Below are positions 60,229-64,000 of a stretch of DNA of 64,000 bases, one piece after another. Each line of letters starts with the position of its first letter. Positions within the stretch are counted from its first letter, which is position 1. The translations under genes and the position numbers were made by a program. The notes below the pieces were generated by a model, which was not told the DNA's origin, made no database searches, and worked only from the letters and a program-made list of their open reading frames with translations. The stretch lies in sequence record SRR20825010_2279; one strand, given 5' to 3'.

Positions 60229-61281
60229 ATGAAGACAATTCTATTAATCGAGGACGATAGGGCCTTGCGTGAAAATACCGAAGAGCTTTTGGAGCTTTCA
60301 GGTTATTCCATGATTACGGCCCCAAACGGAAAAATTGGTATTCAAATGGCCAAGGAAAAATTGCCGGATATCATTGTCTGCGATATTATGATGCCAGAGG
60401 TGGATGGTTATGGCGTTCTAAAGGACTTGTCTTCAGACGAAAGCACCAAACATATTCCCTTTATATTCCTATCTGCCAAAACCGAACATAAAGAGATACG
60501 ACGTGGAATGGATCTGGGCGCCGATGATTACCTTACCAAGCCTTTTGAAGAGGAAGACCTCATAAACGCCATAGAAAGTAGATTGGCCAAAGTGGAACTA
60601 TTGGGGCGTATGGCAAAGGAAGGGACGCTGGATCCGGCCGTTTCGGAAGATCAGATACGCACCTTGAACGAGTTGAAGAATTTTTTTGACGACAATGGAG
60701 AACCCACTAGTTTTCCCCAAGGCAGTACCATCTACCAAGAAGGGACCTATTCTCATAAAATATACCTTATCCTAAAAGGGGTCGTAAAATGCCATACTAT
60801 GGACGAGGACGGAAAAGAATTGATCACTTCCCTGTTTAGGGCAGATGACTTTTTGGGATTTACCTCCTTTATAGACAATATTCCTTATCAGGAATCGGCA
60901 ACCGCCATCGAGGATGTGGAACTGGCCGGGATATCCAAGGAAAATTTAAAGCAGGTGTTGGAAAAGAACCACAATATCTCCTTGGAACTCATGGAACTGC
61001 TTACTGGAAATATTAAGGACATAAAACAGCAATTGTTGCAAATGGCCTATAGTTCCGTGCGAAAGAAAACCGCCCAAACCTTGTTGCAGTTCGCAGAAAT
61101 AATGAACAAAAAAACCGAGGATCCCATTAAAATTTCCCGAAATGATCTGGCCAGTGTAGCCGGTATTGCTACCGAAAGCCTTATCCGCACGCTGTCCGGA
61201 TTCAAAAAGGAAGGACTAATAGACATTGAAGGCAGAAATATCCGTATCAAGGAATTAAAGGCCCTGCAATACATCAATTAA
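60229..61281 (+). CDS. Response regulator: receiver + cNMP-like domain + Crp/Fnr HTH
   Basis: ILLIEDD, DIMMPEVDG, KPF; RNDLASVAGIATESLIRTL HTH. Confidence 0.92.
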   Translation: MKTILLIEDDRALRENTEELLELSGYSMITAPNGKIGIQMAKEKLPDIIVCDIMMPEVDGYGVLKDLSSDESTKHIPFIFLSAKTEHKEIRRGMDLGADDYLTKPFEEEDLINAIESRLAKVELLGRMAKEGTLDPAVSEDQIRTLNELKNFFDDNGEPTSFPQGSTIYQEGTYSHKIYLILKGVVKCHTMDEDGKELITSLFRADDFLGFTSFIDNIPYQESATAIEDVELAGISKENLKQVLEKNHNISLELMELLTGNIKDIKQQLLQMAYSSVRKKTAQTLLQFAEIMNKKTEDPIKISRNDLASVAGIATESLIRTLSGFKKEGLIDIEGRNIRIKELKALQYIN

Positions 61282-61314
61282 GGATATTCTTAACACTATA
61301 TTTTTACTGGAAAC

Positions 61315-61326
61315 TGACCAATGTCA
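61315..61326. promoter_or_regulatory. Palindrome TGAC-CAAT-GTCA
   Basis: TAGTTTTG at 61350, 23-bp spacer; 19-mer AACTGACCAATGTCATATT identical to 22025-22043. Confidence 0.87.
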
Positions 61327-61382
61327 TATTACAGTTATGGCCATAAGTTTAGTTTTGTATTGATGTAGCTATTTAATTTTGA

Positions 61383-62219
61383 ATGAAGAATATACTGTTC
61401 CCCACCGATTTTTCCGAAAATTCATGGTACGCAATTGAATATGCCTTAAAGCTGTTCAAAGATGCTCCCTGTAATTTTTATGTACTCCATGTTGATGCTT
61501 TAAGTAGATCCGGTGTGGACAGCAATTCCTTTGTTATGCCATTCAAAAGTATTAATGTGGCCCTTAAGGATAATCTAGAGGATACCTTTGCCCGTATTAA
61601 GACCATTACCACCAACAAGGAACATAATTTTATCGCCCTCCATGAATATGGAAATCTCATAGATATTGTTCGAAAGACCATATCGGACAAAAAGATAAAT
61701 CTAATTGTCATGGGGACCAAAGGGGCTTCGGGCTTAAAAGAAACCATTTTGGGCAGCAATACCGGGAATGTCATGACCAAAGTACCCTGTAATCTATTGG
61801 TGATTCCAGAAAAAGCCGTGCAGTGCATCCCTCAAGAAATTGCCTTTCCTACCGATTACAATAATTTCTATTCCCATTCTATTTTGGAGGCGATTTCAAA
61901 AATGCTCCGTCTCACCAAAGCCAACCTAAGTGTTGTTAATGTCTCGAAGCCCAGTGTACAATTAAATGAAGCCCAAAATCAGAATATGGTCTATTTACAG
62001 GACTATCTGCTGGAACTTTATGAAAAATCGCATAGTATCCACAACCTAAAACATGAAAAGGCCAAAAGTGCCATTGAGCAATTTGTTGTCAGTGAGAAAA
62101 TAGATATGGTGATCATGGTGGCCAAGAACCTAAATTTTCTGCAACAGCTGCTGTTCGACACCACCATTAAAAAAATTAGTTTTCAGACGAGGATTCCTTT
62201 ACTTGTCCTCCACGAATAA
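61383..62219 (+). CDS. Universal stress protein
   Basis: ILFPTDFS, MGTKGASGLKETILGSNT. Confidence 0.93.
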   Translation: MKNILFPTDFSENSWYAIEYALKLFKDAPCNFYVLHVDALSRSGVDSNSFVMPFKSINVALKDNLEDTFARIKTITTNKEHNFIALHEYGNLIDIVRKTISDKKINLIVMGTKGASGLKETILGSNTGNVMTKVPCNLLVIPEKAVQCIPQEIAFPTDYNNFYSHSILEAISKMLRLTKANLSVVNVSKPSVQLNEAQNQNMVYLQDYLLELYEKSHSIHNLKHEKAKSAIEQFVVSEKIDMVIMVAKNLNFLQQLLFDTTIKKISFQTRIPLLVLHE

Positions 62220-62249
62220 ACGCACCCCCATGGGTTGATATAGGGCTAC

Positions 62250-62261
62250 TGATAAATGTCA
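62250..62261. promoter_or_regulatory. Palindrome TGAT-AAAT-GTCA
   Basis: TAACTTTG at 62285, 23-bp spacer. Confidence 0.87.
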
Positions 62262-62314
62262 TAGGTTTTATATGTCGCTACCAATAACTTTGATAGGTAT
62301 ACAAAAGAAAACCT

Positions 62315-63160
62315 ATGAAAGCAGTTTTGATTCCTACCGATTTTTCCCACAGTGCCATGCATGCCATAGATTATGCACTGAATCTTTACAAATGTGAACG
62401 CACCAACTTCTACTTTTTACATGCTTATGCAGATGAGGTTTATGGCCCGTTCAAGACTAATGGGGAAACCTCAGTTGAAGAACAAAATGAAATTGTAAAG
62501 AACAATACGGATAAATCCTTAAAGGATCTCATCCAAAAACTAAGTGCTAGGGAGCACAATCCAAAACACACCTATGAAACGCTGTCGGCATTCGACACCT
62601 TGGTAGATGCAGTTAACGACTTTGCCAACCAAATAAATGTTGACCTGGTCATAATGGGTACAAAAGGACAGACAGCGGACAAAAAAATCACTTTCGGTAG
62701 CCATACGGTACAGGTTTTCAAATACGTACAGTGCCCGGTACTAGCAGTTCCTTTGGACTATAAGTACCATCAGCCAAAAAAGATATTGTTTCCCACAGAT
62801 TATATGCTGCCTTATAAACGTCGGGAATTGAAGTTGCTGAATACCTTGGCAGCCGAATTTAAATCGGAGATCCATTGCCTTTACATATCAGACTTTGAAG
62901 ATTTAAGCAACAGGCAGATAGACAACCAACGCTTCCTAAAAGAATCTTTGGCAGACGCCTTCCTGTTTTTTGAAATATGCCCCACTAAGAATAAGGCCGA
63001 GGCCATAATGGATTACATCAAAAAGAATAACATAAACCTTTTGGTCATGGTAAACTCGCGCCATTCATTCTTGGAAGATATGCTTTACAGATCAACGGTA
63101 GACGAAATTGGGCTACGCTTAAAGGTACCTTTTTTGGTGATGCAGAATCTACCTAGATAA
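62315..63160 (+). CDS. Universal stress protein
   Basis: VLIPTDFS, MGTKGQTADKKITFGSHT, CPVLAVP. Confidence 0.93.
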   Translation: MKAVLIPTDFSHSAMHAIDYALNLYKCERTNFYFLHAYADEVYGPFKTNGETSVEEQNEIVKNNTDKSLKDLIQKLSAREHNPKHTYETLSAFDTLVDAVNDFANQINVDLVIMGTKGQTADKKITFGSHTVQVFKYVQCPVLAVPLDYKYHQPKKILFPTDYMLPYKRRELKLLNTLAAEFKSEIHCLYISDFEDLSNRQIDNQRFLKESLADAFLFFEICPTKNKAEAIMDYIKKNNINLLVMVNSRHSFLEDMLYRSTVDEIGLRLKVPFLVMQNLPR

Positions 63161-63177
63161 TTTAAAAAGATGTAAGG

Positions 63178-64000
63178 ATGAAAAAAATTTTGTTGCCCAC
63201 CGACTTTTCCACTAACGCTTGGAACGCCATCGTGTATACGGTGAATTATTTCCAAAATGACAAGTGTCTTTTCTATATACTTCACACCTATACCCCTACT
63301 TTTTACAGGGTAGATTATATGATGGGAGGTCCGGTCAATAGTGCCATTCCCGACAAGGGTGTAGAGGTGGCCCAGGCAGGTTTGGAAAAGACGCTAAGGG
63401 ATTTAAGAAAGAACCTGCATAACAAAAACCATCAATTCAAAACCATTTCATCTTTTAATATTCTAACCGATGAAATTGAAGAGGTTACCGCAAGGGAGGG
63501 AATAGACATCATTGCCATGGGAACCCAGGGAGCTACAGGGGCCAAGGAAATCTTTTTGGGAACCAACACGGTCCATGTTATCAAAAAAGCCAAGATTCCG
63601 GTATTGGCCATTCCCAATGGTTATGCCTTTAAGGAAATTGATTCCATAGTCTTCCCTACAGATTACACCACGCCTTATGACCCAGAGGCATTAGGTTTTC
63701 TGGCAGAAATGTCCAAGTTGCAAAAGGCTAGAATAATAGTACTGAATGTTAAGGAGGATTTTGTCCTTAACGAGAAACAAAATGCCCATAAAAAAGCCCT
63801 GGGCGCTTTCCTTCAGCCCATGGACCATAGCTTTGAGCAGGTCAAGGGCGAATTAATGCCCAATGCCATACATGAATATGTAGAAAAACATAGAATTGGG
63901 CTACTGGCCATCATGAACCGCAAACATACATTTTTACATCGGCTGATCAATAAATCTACTATAGACTCCATTGGATATCATTCCAGGATACCCTTTGTAG
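63178..64000 (+). CDS. Universal stress protein (runs off the window end; absent from the ORF track)
   Basis: ATG at 63178 gives MKKILLPTDFSTNAWNA...MGTQGATGAKEIFLGTNT...IPVLAIP, open to 64000. Confidence 0.9.
   Translation, partial: MKKILLPTDFSTNAWNAIVYTVNYFQNDKCLFYILHTYTPTFYRVDYMMGGPVNSAIPDKGVEVAQAGLEKTLRDLRKNLHNKNHQFKTISSFNILTDEIEEVTAREGIDIIAMGTQGATGAKEIFLGTNTVHVIKKAKIPVLAIPNGYAFKEIDSIVFPTDYTTPYDPEALGFLAEMSKLQKARIIVLNVKEDFVLNEKQNAHKKALGAFLQPMDHSFEQVKGELMPNAIHEYVEKHRIGLLAIMNRKHTFLHRLINKSTIDSIGYHSRIPFV

Noticed and set aside
21048-62261. Recurrent palindromes as REP elements, CRISPR repeats or IS ends
   Set aside because: Only 12-14 bp long, dispersed, with variable centres and fixed promoter spacing; no cas or transposase genes seen. 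A transcription-factor site fits better.
17968-64000. The island as a mobile element or prophage
   Set aside because: No integrase, transposase, tRNA or att repeat seen in the window; the holin-like small protein sits in a ytxH context without phage genes.

Overview
Bacteroidota chromosomal DNA, most likely Flavobacteriaceae (Arenibacter/Maribacter-like; inferred from the SusC/SusD pair, TAnnTTTG promoters and gene families). Bases 1-18 kb hold a SusC/SusD-sulfatase-PhoD-like locus, two Gfo/Idh/MocA oxidoreductases with Tat-like N-termini, and a GH63-like glucosidase plus glycogen debranching pair. From about 18 kb to the window end lies a stress/dormancy-type island: five universal stress proteins, Hsp20, PfkB, glucokinase, PEP synthase, Pta-AckA, glycogen phosphorylase, two P-type ATPases, a site-2 protease-CBS protein, a PNPOx-like protein, a MacAB-like ABC exporter and an ECF-like sigma factor. 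The main finding is a palindrome, (A)TGAY-N4-RTCA(T), which I found 17 times in the upstream regions of this island and did not see in the intergenic DNA of the first 18 kb. In 21 promoter instances it lies exactly 23 bp from a Bacteroidota -7 element (TAnnTTTG or a near variant), centred near -41.5, the class II CRP/FNR activator position. The island encodes two paralogous two-component systems whose regulators are receiver-Crp/Fnr fusions. One kinase has a FixL-like heme-PAS domain (candidate O2 sensor). The other has a LOV domain (GRNCRFLQ) with a natural Gln-to-Leu change (candidate blue-light/redox sensor). Together these suggest a dual-input, DosR-like hypoxia/dormancy regulon. The motif and spacing are read directly from the sequence. 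Regulator-site assignment, signals and novelty are inference and were not checked against databases.
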